Part shown: positions 1-12,140 of the stretch, one piece after another
How the letters are laid out: the number at the start of each line of letters is the position of its first letter
How positions within the stretch are numbered: the stretch's first letter is position 1
Assembly (NCBI RefSeq): GCF_964355755.1
Contig: NC_092675.1
Coordinates: forward strand, 15,906,912 to 15,970,911
Length of the DNA: 64,000 nucleotides
Direction of reading: 5' to 3'
From: Antedon mediterranea
Lineage: Eukaryota; Animalia; Echinodermata
Made by a program: the position numbers and the translations under genes
The notes under the pieces: generated by a model
Seen by the model: only the letters and a program-made list of their open reading frames with translations
What the model was told of the DNA's origin: nothing
The model's database searches: none

Positions 1-367
1 TGATTCTTTAAACAAAACCCTCAATTATTAATTACAAATTTGTAGCAAGATTGGAAAACTCAGCCAATGGTGCCTTATAGACAAGGAATATTGCCATTTT
101 TTAAAATAATAATTTATCAAATAACCAGTTAATTACATCAAATTCCATCAAATAATGAAGTGAATCTGGCCAAAAAGTGTGAAAAATTTAAGAATTGCCA
201 ATTTTCAAATGGCATTGAAGTTAATTCTTAACCAATGCAGGTGCCCCATGGACGACAAGCAATTAATATATGCTTTAATAATAATATTAGGGAATGGAAT
301 TTCATACGCTGAATATTATATGACAAAAGCATGACATGGAGAGAGTAAATTTTCCCTATTGCCTTAC

Positions 368-397
368 CTTCTACAATTGTAATCAGATCTGCAGTGC
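368..397 (-). CDS. 30-nt microexon (GTADLITIVE) of the minus-strand signal-peptide gene; gene continues beyond the window start
   Basis: Minus strand ttatttatag|GCACTGCAGATCTGATTACAATTGTAGAAG|gtaagg; phase 1-1, in frame with the upstream exons. Confidence 0.65.
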
Positions 398-607
398 CTA
401 TAAATAAATAATCATTCATTCTATTGTTTAAGAGTTTAAATTTGACGTACATACAAGATACAAGAAAACTTTATTCATCCCAACTTGGAAAATTGTGTTG
501 CTGTCAATGTCTAATAACAATGCCGTATTTAAAAGAGAAATGATAGGCCTAATACATAAGTGTGATAATAATAATAATAACAATAAAAGTGTATCGTAAT
601 AAATTCC

Positions 608-950
608 CCTATCTTTGATACCTTTCATTATAGTCTCGTATGCCCATTGGGAGGAAGGAGAGACGATGGCGTTCAGTGGATCCCCGTGGCGGCCTCAGTC
701 TACCACTACGTTCAATAAGGCAGTCGGCAATGTCCGAGTTAAGGGGATGACTAACATCATTCTATATCACTCTAAACATATTGCGCAACCGTTGATAGAC
801 CGAGTCCACCACAGGTAATTCATATCCAACCATCCTCCCTGCCCTCATCACCAACCTGTCTATTCTATCCCTATCACCCTTACCGACATTCCCACCCCAA
901 CCCAACAGACAATATCCCCAAACTGAACTAATCACTGACATGTATATGTC
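608..950 (-). mobile_element. 3' fragment of a non-LTR retrotransposon (Rex1/Babar/L2-like post-RT region)
   Basis: SVISSVWGYCLLGWGGN...DRDRIDRLVMRAGRMVG..., then NDVSHPLN...RSGRLR...SFLPMGIRDYN; interrupted by a stop and a frameshift. Confidence 0.75.
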
Positions 951-1641
951 ATTAAAAATACACAAACCAAAAGTGGTGTTGGTAGTCAAAAAGTGTCGTC
1001 TATCTGATAGAGAATAGAGAGGATACTCTTTCATTTTGTAACATGGTTGTTGTTGTTCATACTGATAACATCATTTTTGTGCCAATTAATAAAAGGATTT
1101 GTTGACATGTGTTTTATGGTATTTATTTATTTTGGTATGATATAGATATAGTATAACCTCAAATTAGGTTCAATTAACCTCAACTTCAATTCCGACAGTC
1201 GCAACTGACAGTAAAAAATATAGTTGCAATGTAGCCTTTTTTTGTAAAGAAATACCAAAACCCATTTTTTTTCTTTTGGGATTTTTCAATAGAAACCTGG
1301 TCATACTAAAGATAGATGGAAGCTTCATTCCTTACATTATTAAAGAGTTTTTTGCACACTGCAGATTGTTTCATATGTACTTCACAGCCATTTATTATGA
1401 ATGTCAGTGCTGAATTAATTGTAAATAACAGGTTGTGTAGGATTTTTATATTATTTTTATTCGCATATCACAATTTAGTCAGAAAAAAGGATAGAAAAGC
1501 TCAAAGAAACAGTCTGTGTCAGAATGTTTAGGTTAGCTTTGGATCAGAACCACCTAGCTAGTGTTAAACCAAACGCATTCTGGAGATAAAACATCAGGAG
1601 GAAATATGTTATTTATTACAATAAATTAAACAAATACTAAC

Positions 1642-1659
1642 CTGCTGTAGTTTGAGCAG
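1642..1659 (-). CDS. 18-nt microexon (AAQTTA) of the minus-strand gene
   Basis: ttttatatctttcag|CTGCTCAAACTACAGCAG|gttagt; phase 1-1. Confidence 0.65.
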
Positions 1660-2408
1660 CTGAAAGATATAAAACAAATAATTATTAAAGTGTAAGCTTT
1701 TATGTGAAATGACACAAGAATGGAGGACTACAGTATCTTTAATTTACAGTTTTTCATGTAACTATAACTATGTGACATTAAAATGAAATATTAAACAACA
1801 AAAAATATTAATATTTATATATTAATTATTTTTTCGGGTGACAATATTTAAGCAAATAATGAAAAAGAGGCTTTATTATAAAAACAATTCTTTTTATCAT
1901 GGAAAATTGTTAAATTTTGAAGTAAAATCATTGACTTAATAAAAACCAAAATTTAGATTATTTTTTTTTATAATCTGACCCTAAGTTTTCTAAATAATGC
2001 ACCAAAAACAACAGAATCATATCACATACCATTTAATCAATACATAAAATTTGACAAATATAAATATGGGACATGAAATGAATAAGTTAACAATAAATCT
2101 TCTATGAAATATTATTGCTATAATTGTGAGCGTTTGTCTTCAGGCTAGATTTTAATTACATGATGTCACGATAACAGATAATTAACAATGATCGCTGTGA
2201 AGTGTGACCTGTGTATTTTATCTCATATGTCATTTTTGATATGATTAAATGGATATTAAAAAAAAGTACTACAATATGTAAGATGTTTATGAATAATTTA
2301 CTAAGAATAGAAGAAATAGTTGGGAGGATAATATTATGAGGTCAGACAAATACTTCTGTAGAAAAAAACATTTAAAAAAAATCTTAACTTTGTCAAGTCA
2401 TTGATTGG

Positions 2409-2550
2409 TCCGAGTTCAAGTCTCGGTTGGGGCGACTTTTTCTCATTCTCACAGATTTCCTCATCTTTATCGTTCAAATTAATTAATTAAATTTCAGTAT
2501 ATCACCGGGCGGTTTAGAATTAGTGTTCTTTGGCTACTGTGTTTATATAT
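2409..2550 (+). mobile_element. 5'-truncated copy of the tRNA-bearing ~366-bp repeat unit (T-arm plus tail, ending in TA repeats)
   Basis: Near-identical to 27543-27685. Confidence 0.85.
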
Positions 2551-3157
2551 ACTGTATATATATATATTTAACATTAGGCATATTTACAAGGAAACAATAT
2601 ACACAGTATAGTTATGTAGTTATTAATAAATAAATTCCGATGATTACTGTTTTATTTGGAAATGCATTCCTTATCCAAACTGAAACTTAATTTGATATAT
2701 TTTTCTCAAAACAGAAAGCACAGAATAAACAATCTCATATATAAGTGATTCTAGAAACACTTGATTTGATTTATTTCGCCATCAGTACATAAAAAATCAC
2801 AGACATGCAATTAAAAATAGCATATATAAAAAACCATGAGACATAAGACCGAATAAAACAAGAAGGGTGCCAAAGATAACTCATAAAAGTCCTCTACAGA
2901 CTTGTTTCCAATGAGGTCCTTTGAAAGAATTTAACAGGGAAAAAAAAGGAACAGTACAAAACAATAAACACAATATATTACACAAAAACCTAGAACACAA
3001 TAATTAATCTCATCTCATTAAAACCTGTCTATTAAAAATCATTAAACATGTTTCATTCTTGACTTTCAATACAAAATGTCTCGTATTGTTTTAATAACTA
3101 CAGTACATATAACTACTATTGTATACTACTGACTGAAATAACATTTTTTGTACAAAC

Positions 3158-3221
3158 CTGCTGTTCCAATATAAAGTAAAAACATGGCAACGAGGCACTG
3201 GGTCTCCATAGTTCTTCGCAT
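3158..3221 (-). CDS. First coding exon of an unidentified secreted or membrane protein (MRRTMETQCLVAMFLLYIGTA, signal-peptide-like); whole exon 3158-3242
   Basis: Strong acceptor ttactttccattttacag at 3243, ATG at 3221, hydrophobic core, donor CAG|gtttgt, phase 1 matching the two microexons. Confidence 0.65.
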
Positions 3222-4179
3222 TTTAGACTTCTGAAGTTAATTCTGTAAAATGGAAAGTAAATATAGAAAGAAGGTACTTCAAAATGCCATTTAAATGATT
3301 GATACATAATATAAATGAGTTTCTTTGTCTTTGTGCCTTGTCTAAATTTACAAGTTTTGTATTTCTAGTGCATTCTGTCGTATTATTAATAAATATTTTG
3401 TTGGCACGATTGCAAGAAATAGTCACATATGGGAGAAGCTCGACATAAATCTGTTTCAACTGTGTCATCTGTAGCAGACTAATTCCTAACAAAGGTAAAG
3501 AATCAAGATAGAAATATTATCTTGAACTTAATAACCATTACAACTAATAGATTTTACTATAAATGTGCTGTCTGTGAGTATCGAGTCAAATCAAATCAAT
3601 CTCTATTCATTTCATAAAAAACACACATCACAAAACAAAAAGGAGTAAAACTAAATTAAAGAAGATGAAAGGGACCTCCAGGAAACCCCAAGGGGCTTGT
3701 GATAGATGCATACTGTACCTTTACAACTTATATTGTTTGTTAATGCACAGAAAAAAAATATAATACTTCTACACCAAAATGTCTGAAAGATATAAAAAAA
3801 TATTATTATTTTAATTTAACATACCACAATGGATGCTAAATATTAAAAACAAAGTAATAAAAAAAAACTTATTTTTTCATCCTTTAATTACAGTAGAACC
3901 TTTTGAGAACCTTATCAGAATAAACAATAGTTTTAAATGGAAATCTATTCATTCTTTATTTCGGATAGTACATCCATATAACAAAACATACAAAACAAAA
4001 CGAGAAACAATTTCACCAGGAAATTAACAATAGCATCTTCCATAATAACAACCTAACCGCTATCAAAAGAAACACTGTTGGGTCCTAAAGGTGTCAAGTC
4101 CACTTCTACTTAAACACATTTTCTTTCCATTTTATATACTGATTGTACACTATCACATTTTAGGTATTCATTCTGAACG

Positions 4180-4360
4180 TATGGGCATGAACTTTTAGGA
4201 GTTCATTACACTAGTACTAAGCCTCAGCATAATTGTGGTTATCCTCTCACCCTCATATTTTTCAACCAGGTACTTGTTTACAGCTGAGTGGACTGGAAGT
4301 TGTTCAGGAATTGAACACAGGTCTTTCTGTAAAATAGTTGAGTGTCTTAACTACTCAGTT
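4180..4360 (-). mobile_element. Degenerate tRNA-derived SINE
   Basis: Minus strand shows A/B-box-like head (tagttaagacac...gtgttcaattcc) followed by tccagtccactcagctgtaaacaagtacctgg core. Confidence 0.5.
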
Positions 4361-4904
4361 TTGCAAGAAGTTAGATAGAAAGACAGAGTAAATAGTGTTT
4401 AAAATTTGTATTTCATACTCAGCTGGAATACTGTACATAGTAGAATGTTTCAATGTTAAATTTTACATAACTAATTTATTAGTGAAATTATTTATACTAA
4501 TAGTTACTTAAAATTTAAGAAATATTCTAAGCAAAGGATCAAAAGTAAGAATAATATCCTTTGTTTAGTTGGAAAACAGCTTTATTGTTTAAATTATAAA
4601 CAATGGAAAAATCAATATAATACAATAGGCTTTTGTTTCACATTATAAACTTGGTTTCACAAAGACAGAATTTGAATCGAAGGAAATGCTTAAATTTAAT
4701 ACTAGTATACCGTACATACAATGACAGTTTTTTATTTTTTTTTAAATTTTGTTTTACCATATTTAATGAGGGTGATCCATCCAGCAATTACTGATCATTA
4801 GGGTCCCTCAGAGGTTCACAAGACAAACATATACACAAGATGCTCTACATAAACAAAGTCTTATTACAAGTCTTTGGGAGTGGTGTTGTAATTTTGTCCT
4901 AAGA

Positions 4905-4992
4905 AAAAATCCTGACATGTGACGGGACTTGAACCCAGGACCCTTGGAGTGGTAGTCAAGCATCATAACCACCAAGCCACAACTCCACTCCT
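4905..4992 (-). mobile_element. tRNA-derived SINE head
   Basis: Minus strand tggcttggtggttatg (A box) and ggttcaagtccc (B box); similar heads near 52480-52537 and 63660-63720. Confidence 0.6.
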
Positions 4993-5187
4993 AAATAATG
5001 ATGATAATTTAATTATGTCTAAATGACCAAATCTCCTGAAATAAAACATTTGGGGAGAAAGTTGATGGGTAAAATTATACACTACTTGGTTAAAAGAATA
5101 ATACTGGTGCTACAAAAGTACTATGGGGTTTATAGAAAAAAACCCATCATATATCTAGACATTTAAACAACGTTGCTTATTTTTTTA

Positions 5188-6510
5188 CCTAGATGGTACG
5201 CTCGCTTCGCTCGCATACCATCTAGGTCGTGCCCACAGATGGTTCTCGAATACATAATAATTTCAGCGTTAAAAAACTGGCGATTTCAAATGTACGTACC
5301 GCAGGACAATAATATTACATGTCGTGTACAGGAACGAATAAATAGACAGGGTTGAGGGATGGGGAAGAGGATGGGTGCAAAGAGGAACAATGTTAAAATA
5401 TATTCTTTATCCATTTAGTAACGAAATATTAATTGCTTTCATGTTTTACAAATAATATACCACTAAACACAGTAAAACATTGCGATGTAATACTTTGTTG
5501 AAACTATCACCGTCCTAGTCGATTGAAATAGTACAGTACATGTAACGATACATCACTACGACGTGTATATGTTTATAATATAATGTAAAACAATTTGTGA
5601 AAACCACCTCTATTCGGGGAAAATCATAAATTCGATTTAATCGTCAATAAATATTAAATTATCTAACTCAACTTAATTAGTAGGCCTAATGGTTTTCAAT
5701 TGTTTCTTAGAGCCAATTCATACTTAAGTTGGTTCCTACCCTACCCACCAAAGTTGTTCTGCGTTTAGGGCATGTGATGTACCGTAGGCCTATTCTCTAC
5801 TGGTTTTACAACGCTACTCATGCCAGTGAGGGAAAGGTGATGATGTGGGTGGTTTAACTGCAATAATAAAGATTTGTACATAATATACGGCGGCGAGTGA
5901 AAACGCTAGCTCATTATCCGTTTAAAAAAAAATTATATCCAACCTCTGCAGCACAGATTGAAAACAAAAATGGATCGAATTTCGAGTATACAGTACTGTA
6001 CTTGCCTTTACGACGCCTGAGGGAATAGACACTTGTGAAACAGAGATTGGAATGTTCCATTCATCGCAAATCAATACATTTGTATAATCGTATATTAAAT
6101 CTATCAAAATAGTATTTTTTAAGAAAATCGGCCTGTCTTCAACATTATGATGCTGTACTCTAGCTGTTCAACCAGTTTTCAGCTATTAAAAACAATTATC
6201 GTAGGAGGAGATAGGAAAATGCGAAGCCTCCTCGTATTTTTGTGGCGGGTATTTTTTCAAGATGGACATCCATTAGACAGTGTATACCACGATCGGAAAA
6301 CACCCCTATTTGGGGCAAATCGTTGAACCTAAATTCGTTTTAATCGTCAATAACTAATTACCTAACTCAATTTAATTAGTAAACAGGGTTACATCAGATG
6401 GTTAAAATCAGTACCGAAAGTATGAACCAACTTTATATACCATCGAGTAGAAATTCTAGAAATAAACCGAGATTTACCGAATTTTGCCCTTACGTAAATT
6501 TATATATAGA
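5188..6510 (-). mobile_element. Putative non-autonomous Helitron
   Basis: Minus strand starts A|TCTATATATA at 6510 and ends in a hairpin (12-bp perfect stem 5187-5227 around gcgagcgaagcgagc) with CTAG; internal duplication 5600-5682 vs 6297-6381. Confidence 0.45.
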
Positions 6511-7450
6511 TACTGTATTAAAATTGTAATATAAATAAAAATTTCACTATATATTTAAATTGTATGATCATTTCATCACAATATCTAGTTGAGGTAATTG
6601 GGCTTGAATGACAGGAAATAGCTTCGATTGCAGTCAAAGGTACTGCAGTAACTGCAGTAGAATTAAAAGAAAAAGTTTCAGTGCCATCTGAATGCAGTTG
6701 TAATCATTCATGGTGCATGTCAACCCTTTAGATAAATATTATATCTGGATAGACGATCTATAAAATGTTTATTCAAAATGAGCACAAAGCACAATGAAAC
6801 TTTACAACATATCTTTCAAAGAAAACATTGGATTTTAAATACAAACACAGTGTAAATAAAGTTAAACATTTAGGGACTTCCCCTTGCTTTACTATAATAC
6901 CTACTCAAGTTTCTTTTTCATCTCAATGTAATTATAGGACTGTATTTGCTCCATTAAATGAATGAAGGATATTTTTATATATGGAAGAAGAATGCAATTT
7001 ACTACAAATACTATTGTAAAGATTATAATCAATGCCAATTCTATTGGTGGGTCACAATAAAGAGAAGTAAAAATGTGAAAAACATAATAGCTACTGTATA
7101 ATCTTATTAGTGTACCTCTAGTCTAGGTTCCAGACCGTAATTATTAATGATAAATAGTTTGGCACATATGGCGTATAATACCAAAATCGAAACATACAAA
7201 AAGACAATTATTACAAAAACAATAACTACAGACTTTGGGCAAGTCTATACAGTACCTCTAACCATAAAGTGTTTTAGGGAGGACTTTAATTAACTGAGAA
7301 AAATTAAATTGCTAGCAAATAATCGTAAATATGGTAAATGGGCCAAATAGAAATGCGCCGCATGCTAAAAGAGTCAAACGTAATGGTAAAAGAGCCGAAT
7401 AGAATTAAAGTTGCACGTGCATGTCACGTGACGGGACATATGTACTAATT

Positions 7451-7956
7451 ATTAAGTGGCGGCCGCCAGATAATTAAGTGGCGGCCGCCAGATAATTAAG
7501 TGGCGGCCGCCAGATAATTAAGTGGCGGCCGCCAGATAATTAAGTGGCGGCCGCCAGATAATTAAGTGGCGGCCGCCAGATAATTAAGTGGCGGCCGCCA
7601 GATAATTAAGTGGCGGCCGCCAGATAATTAAGTGGCGGCCGCCAGATAATTAAGTGGCGGCCGCCAGATAATTAAGTGGCGGCCGCCAGATAATTAAGTG
7701 GCGGCCGCCAGATAATTAAGTGGCGGCCGCCAGATAATTAAGTGGCGGCCGCCAGATAATTAAGTGGCGGCCGCCAGATAATTAAGTGGCGGCCGCCAGA
7801 TAATTAAGTGGCGGCCGCCAGATAATTAAGTGGCGGCCGCCAGATAATTAAGTGGCGGCCGCCAGATAATTAAGTGGCGGCCGCCAGATAATTAAGTGGC
7901 GGCCGCCAGATAATTAAGTGGCGGCCGCCAGATAATTAAGTGGCGGCCGCCAGATA
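7451..7956. repeat. Minisatellite: 23 identical copies of 22-bp ATTAAGTGGCGGCCGCCAGATA
   Basis: Direct reading; each unit holds the 12-bp palindrome TGGCGGCCGCCA (NotI site); followed by hairpin gcccgaacgggc-ttccgtag. Confidence 0.97.
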
Positions 7957-8002
7957 ACAGCTTTTAAAATATAGTTATCTTGTGGCCCGAACGGGCTTCC
8001 GT

Positions 8003-8367
8003 AGGGTGTAATAAACAGGGTGTTCCCTAAATAGGAGTGTCTCTTGAATAGGGTGTAATAAACAGGGTGTTCCATAAATAGGAGTGTCCCTTGAATAGGG
8101 TGTAATAAACAGGGTGTTCCCTAAATAGGAGTGTCCCTTGAATAGGGTGTAATAAACAGGGTGTTCCCTAAATAGGAGTGTCCCTTGAATAGGGTGTAAT
8201 AAACAGGGTGTTCCCTAAATAGAAGTGTCCCTTGAATAGGGTGTAATAAACAGGGTGTTCCCTAAATAGGAGTGTCCCTTGAATAGGGTGTAATAAACAG
8301 GGTGTTCCCTAAATAGGAGTGTCCCTTGAAAAGGGTGTAATAAACAGGGTGTTCCCTAAATAGGAGT
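8003..8367. repeat. Minisatellite: about 7.8 copies of 47-bp AGGGTGTAATAAACAGGGTGTTCCCTAAATAGGAGTGTCCCTTGAAT
   Basis: Period 47 (8004, 8051, 8098...); three related subunits per unit. Confidence 0.95.
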
Positions 8368-9109
8368 TGTCTACTAAATTACCTTATTGTTTACACTGTG
8401 TGTTTAAATCTAAGTTTAGAAACTAAAATTTCATTAACTGGTAGACAATGTACAAATGGTGGGGGATTATTTCTTTTCCTACTACCGTACCTTAAAATAA
8501 ACATTAAAAAAACCCCTTACCTTTGAGTAGTGCAATGGTCCTTTATGAATTATTCAACCATAGTTTATAGATATACAGTAATACTATACAGTACATTTTA
8601 AAATTTGTTTCCTTATATAATCACAATTACTTCTTAAGTGTACTCATATTCTTTTCTGGTAATTTTCAATGCTGTTTTAGGATATTACAGTATACTGTAG
8701 TGTTAGTTTTTCCTCTTAAACAGGATACAAACTGATAGTATAGTTTTGTCAGTTTGCTTGGTAGTCTAATAAATCACCATAATATGAGTGGCATGGATTG
8801 TAACTCCCTGGTTTTATAAACACAAATTCAATTCAATTCAACTATATAATCATAGAGGCCCAGATCAACACATGGTTGTTCTTCTCTGGGACAATGCACA
8901 TACAAAAAACAAAAACATTTCAACACTGTTTTAATACTACAGTATCATGTGGTATTGTACCACAATACAATATTCAAAAGTTTTAATGAAGTTTACAATT
9001 ACGTTTAAATGATTGTTAGTAGTAGACAAGTGAATGTCAACACCATCGTACAGTATATTTATCTATGACAAAAATGTATTATTTCAAAAAATAATTGTGA
9101 ACTCAACTA

Positions 9110-9770
9110 ATTTAAGTTAAATAAATTATCTTTAAATACTTCGAAAACTAATTATATTTTGTTCAACAAACGCAAATCTTACACGTCACTGAAACCAAAT
9201 TCTTAGGCATTACCATAGATTCTAACTTAAACTGCCTACCTCATATCAATCATGTATCTAATATAATTTTTCGAAATTTAGGAATGATGAATAAACTAAA
9301 ATATTATTTACCACCTCAAATTCTTTTAATCCTTTATAGCACTTTAATTTTAAACCATATCTTTCTTATAGTATTATCGCATGGGAAGGCCACCTGTTTA
9401 GACCTCAGAAACACGCATTGCGTAACTTCGCAGGTTTTTATTTCAATCCCATACCGAAAATTGTTCTCATAATTTTCGTATTCTCAATATTTATGATTTG
9501 AATAAAGTCGAAATAGCCTCCTACAGATTACACATTGTCTTCTCATTTAGATAATTTATTCATTTCTACTTCTTCTGTTCACAATTACTCAACTAGATTC
9601 TTATTCAATATCACCCTGCAATTCCCATCTTAGAAAGACTACATTCCATTTTTTATGCTGGCCCCAAATTATGGCAATTTCTTTCCACTTTAAATTTACA
9701 TAAAGCATTGGTAAATAGTTTTAAGCGTGCGTCTAAACTGTATCTGATCTAGATATATGGTGCGTAAATA
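9110..9770 (+). mobile_element. Degenerate CR1/L2-group LINE 3' fragment
   Basis: Broken frames read LSLNTSKTNY, KFLGITIDSNL, MMNKLKYYLPPQILLILYSTLIL, YAGPKLW. Confidence 0.7.
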
Positions 9771-10239
9771 CCACCCTGCTTATTTATACATTATACATGT
9801 AATATACATAAAATATTGAATTATTTTTTTGTATAACTACCTTATTTATTTATATACTTATTTCTTTATTTACTGATATTGAATTGTAAATATTTATTAT
9901 TTGTGCTCTGCTTTAAATCTTAAAATATGCATCCTCTATGTACTTGATTGTAGTAGTGGTACAGTAGTACGTGAAAAATGAATTAAATTGAATAATTTAA
10001 AATGTATTGACTGGGTTTTCTTTTGGGTTAGTGCTATAGTAATATGGATAAAATACAATAAAGTTAACTACCCCAAAAGCCGAAACTTCAAAACCATAAC
10101 TAGAATTTTCTTAACATTCCAAAAATGTGTACTGTTGTTGATGAGATGAATTAAAGAGATTGATTTTGTAATTAATTTTTACATGGTTACAATTACATTT
10201 TATTTTTTATTTTTTTATTTATTTTTTATTTTTTTATTT

Positions 10240-10585
10240 ATTCGACTTCTCACTAACTCAGTTAGTGAAGGATCTGGACCAACAGGTGGTAAACACCTCT
10301 AAAACGGTCCAGTCCCAATTTGCACAGTGGATGTGTGTGACAGTGGCTGTGTTTTGTGTGGACTAGTACACCGGGGTAACCCCCTACTCGTCTCGAAAGA
10401 TGTACTAGGTTCTTTAAAGTGCGCATGAGCTATGTGTACACTGGACCTACGGTTTATAGTCCTTATCCGAGAAGACTCGTTCTACCACCAGAACCATGGA
10501 GCGAGTGAGTCTCGAACCCTTGCCGATGTTATGGCTACGTAATTACGGTTCCACTGTCTTAACCGCTCGGCCGGCCACTCACTCA
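10240..10585 (-). mobile_element. tRNA-derived SINE with Deu/Nin-like central domain
   Basis: Minus strand tggccgagcggttaag...ggttcgagact head; ggataaggactataaaccgtaggtcc...gagtagggggttaccccggtgt core; A-rich tail 10197-10240; near-identical copy at 30400-30725. Confidence 0.85.
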
Positions 10586-11236
10586 CTTGAATACATCATT
10601 CAGATTAAAATTTCTTTCATACAATAATTTTGTAATAAGAGAGTGTGCATATTCATTTAATTGAATTATTTTAAATTAAATAGCATGTAGAAGAAATACA
10701 AAACTTACTGAACTACAATGCCACATTCTAATCCTGTGTGGTTGTTTGTAGTCCATTGCATCATAAACCACTCCCACAATAAGTGGTAAGCACACTGAAC
10801 CAGGAAGTACAGTAAACTGTGTAATACTTGTAGTACAGTATACAAGATACAGTTTTATAATATCATGTTTTAAGCTATGTATTAAGGGAAAGAAATTCGG
10901 TGCCATTCAATTCTTTAAATTTCATTAATTAACAACGCGGTGCTACAGTATATTCTGAAGTGAAATTGAACAATGTAACTGTATACATGGAGATGTACTG
11001 TACATCACTACTTAAAACCATGGAGTTTACTCACAAAAAAACACACAAATCAAACTGAAATCATTGAATTAAGGAACCAAATAAGAATAATTAAAATGAT
11101 GATGGAATAAACTGAAATACTGTATACTGTACAGCCAGTAGAAAAACAAAAAATACTGACGCACAAACCAGAAATGTGTAAGTCATTGTGACCTAAAACA
11201 AGTACCAAAAACCCCAATTAAGGAAACGCATTCTTA

Positions 11237-11607
11237 GGGCCTGTTTATATTGCAAAATAAAAAAAGAATGTTTTTTTTTTTTGGAAACCGATTTCGGCAG
11301 TTGTTTATAAATAAATATCGCGTTGCATCTCAATTTTTACTTAAATAAAACCGATTCTGTCCGTGTGCGTTCGTTATAAATGACGTCATTATATACCAGA
11401 ATGCAGTTTGCGGAAGCGCGATTGGATCGAGGTCATGTTTACTTCTTTTCGAATTAATTGGGGTTTTTGAAACAGTTTTTAAGATCGGTTCTTTTTGTGG
11501 TTTTTTGTAGAGACCCAATTCTGCTGGCAAGAAAAAACCGTTCTTGAAAAGAACGGTTTTCAAACATGGATTCATAACAGTATTTTCTGTTCAATAGAAA
11601 CAGGCCC
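11237..11607. mobile_element. PIF/Harbinger-type MITE
   Basis: TIRs GGGCCTGTTTaTATTG / CAATAgAAACAGGCCC with TTA duplicated on both sides. Confidence 0.85.
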
Positions 11608-12049
11608 TTAAGGACCCAACAAAGTCTCCCTTTTATAGTACTGTACTGTCAAAACACATGATTTTTTATATTTCTTTTGCGTGTTCCCCAAGTAATAGGG
11701 TGTAACCTGAACATATTATAAAGTTAGTGTCTACAGTACTGCAGACTCAAAGTGTTATAAGGACCTCCAGTACATTTAAACCTATGACCACCATTTTGTT
11801 TGTAGGTTATTGATAAAATAAATTTAGTATACAATAAATGTGTGTTTACAATAAATGCAGATTGATGAAAAGGAATAAATTCAGTATAATTTCTGTTGAA
11901 GGAAAATCTAGGCATTCATGCATTTATTAGTTTTTACTTCCTTATACTAGTTTATTTGTATTAAAAAGGAATATTTAAGTTCCTATTTCTGGGTCTCTTT
12001 CTAATTCAAATGGATTTAATACAGAAGAATTAAATGTATTTAATCATAA

Positions 12050-12140
12050 TCCAAAGGAAAATTCCTAATAAATGACAATGATGTGGGTATCAGTGGCTGG
12101 AGATAAAAATAAAATAAGTAGAAAGCTAAATAAAATGGTA
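12050..12140 (-). mobile_element. Fragment of the Penelope pseudo-LTR family
   Basis: ccaaagg...atgacaatgatgtgggtatcagtggctgga matches 27696-27790. Confidence 0.7.

Noticed and set aside
1336-1409. Open 74-nt candidate exon on the minus strand
   Set aside because: Ends in phase 0, incompatible with the phase 1 microexon downstream; weak splice sites
7451-8367. CRISPR-like look of the two adjacent arrays
   Set aside because: Units are contiguous with no unique spacers, no cas genes, eukaryotic context
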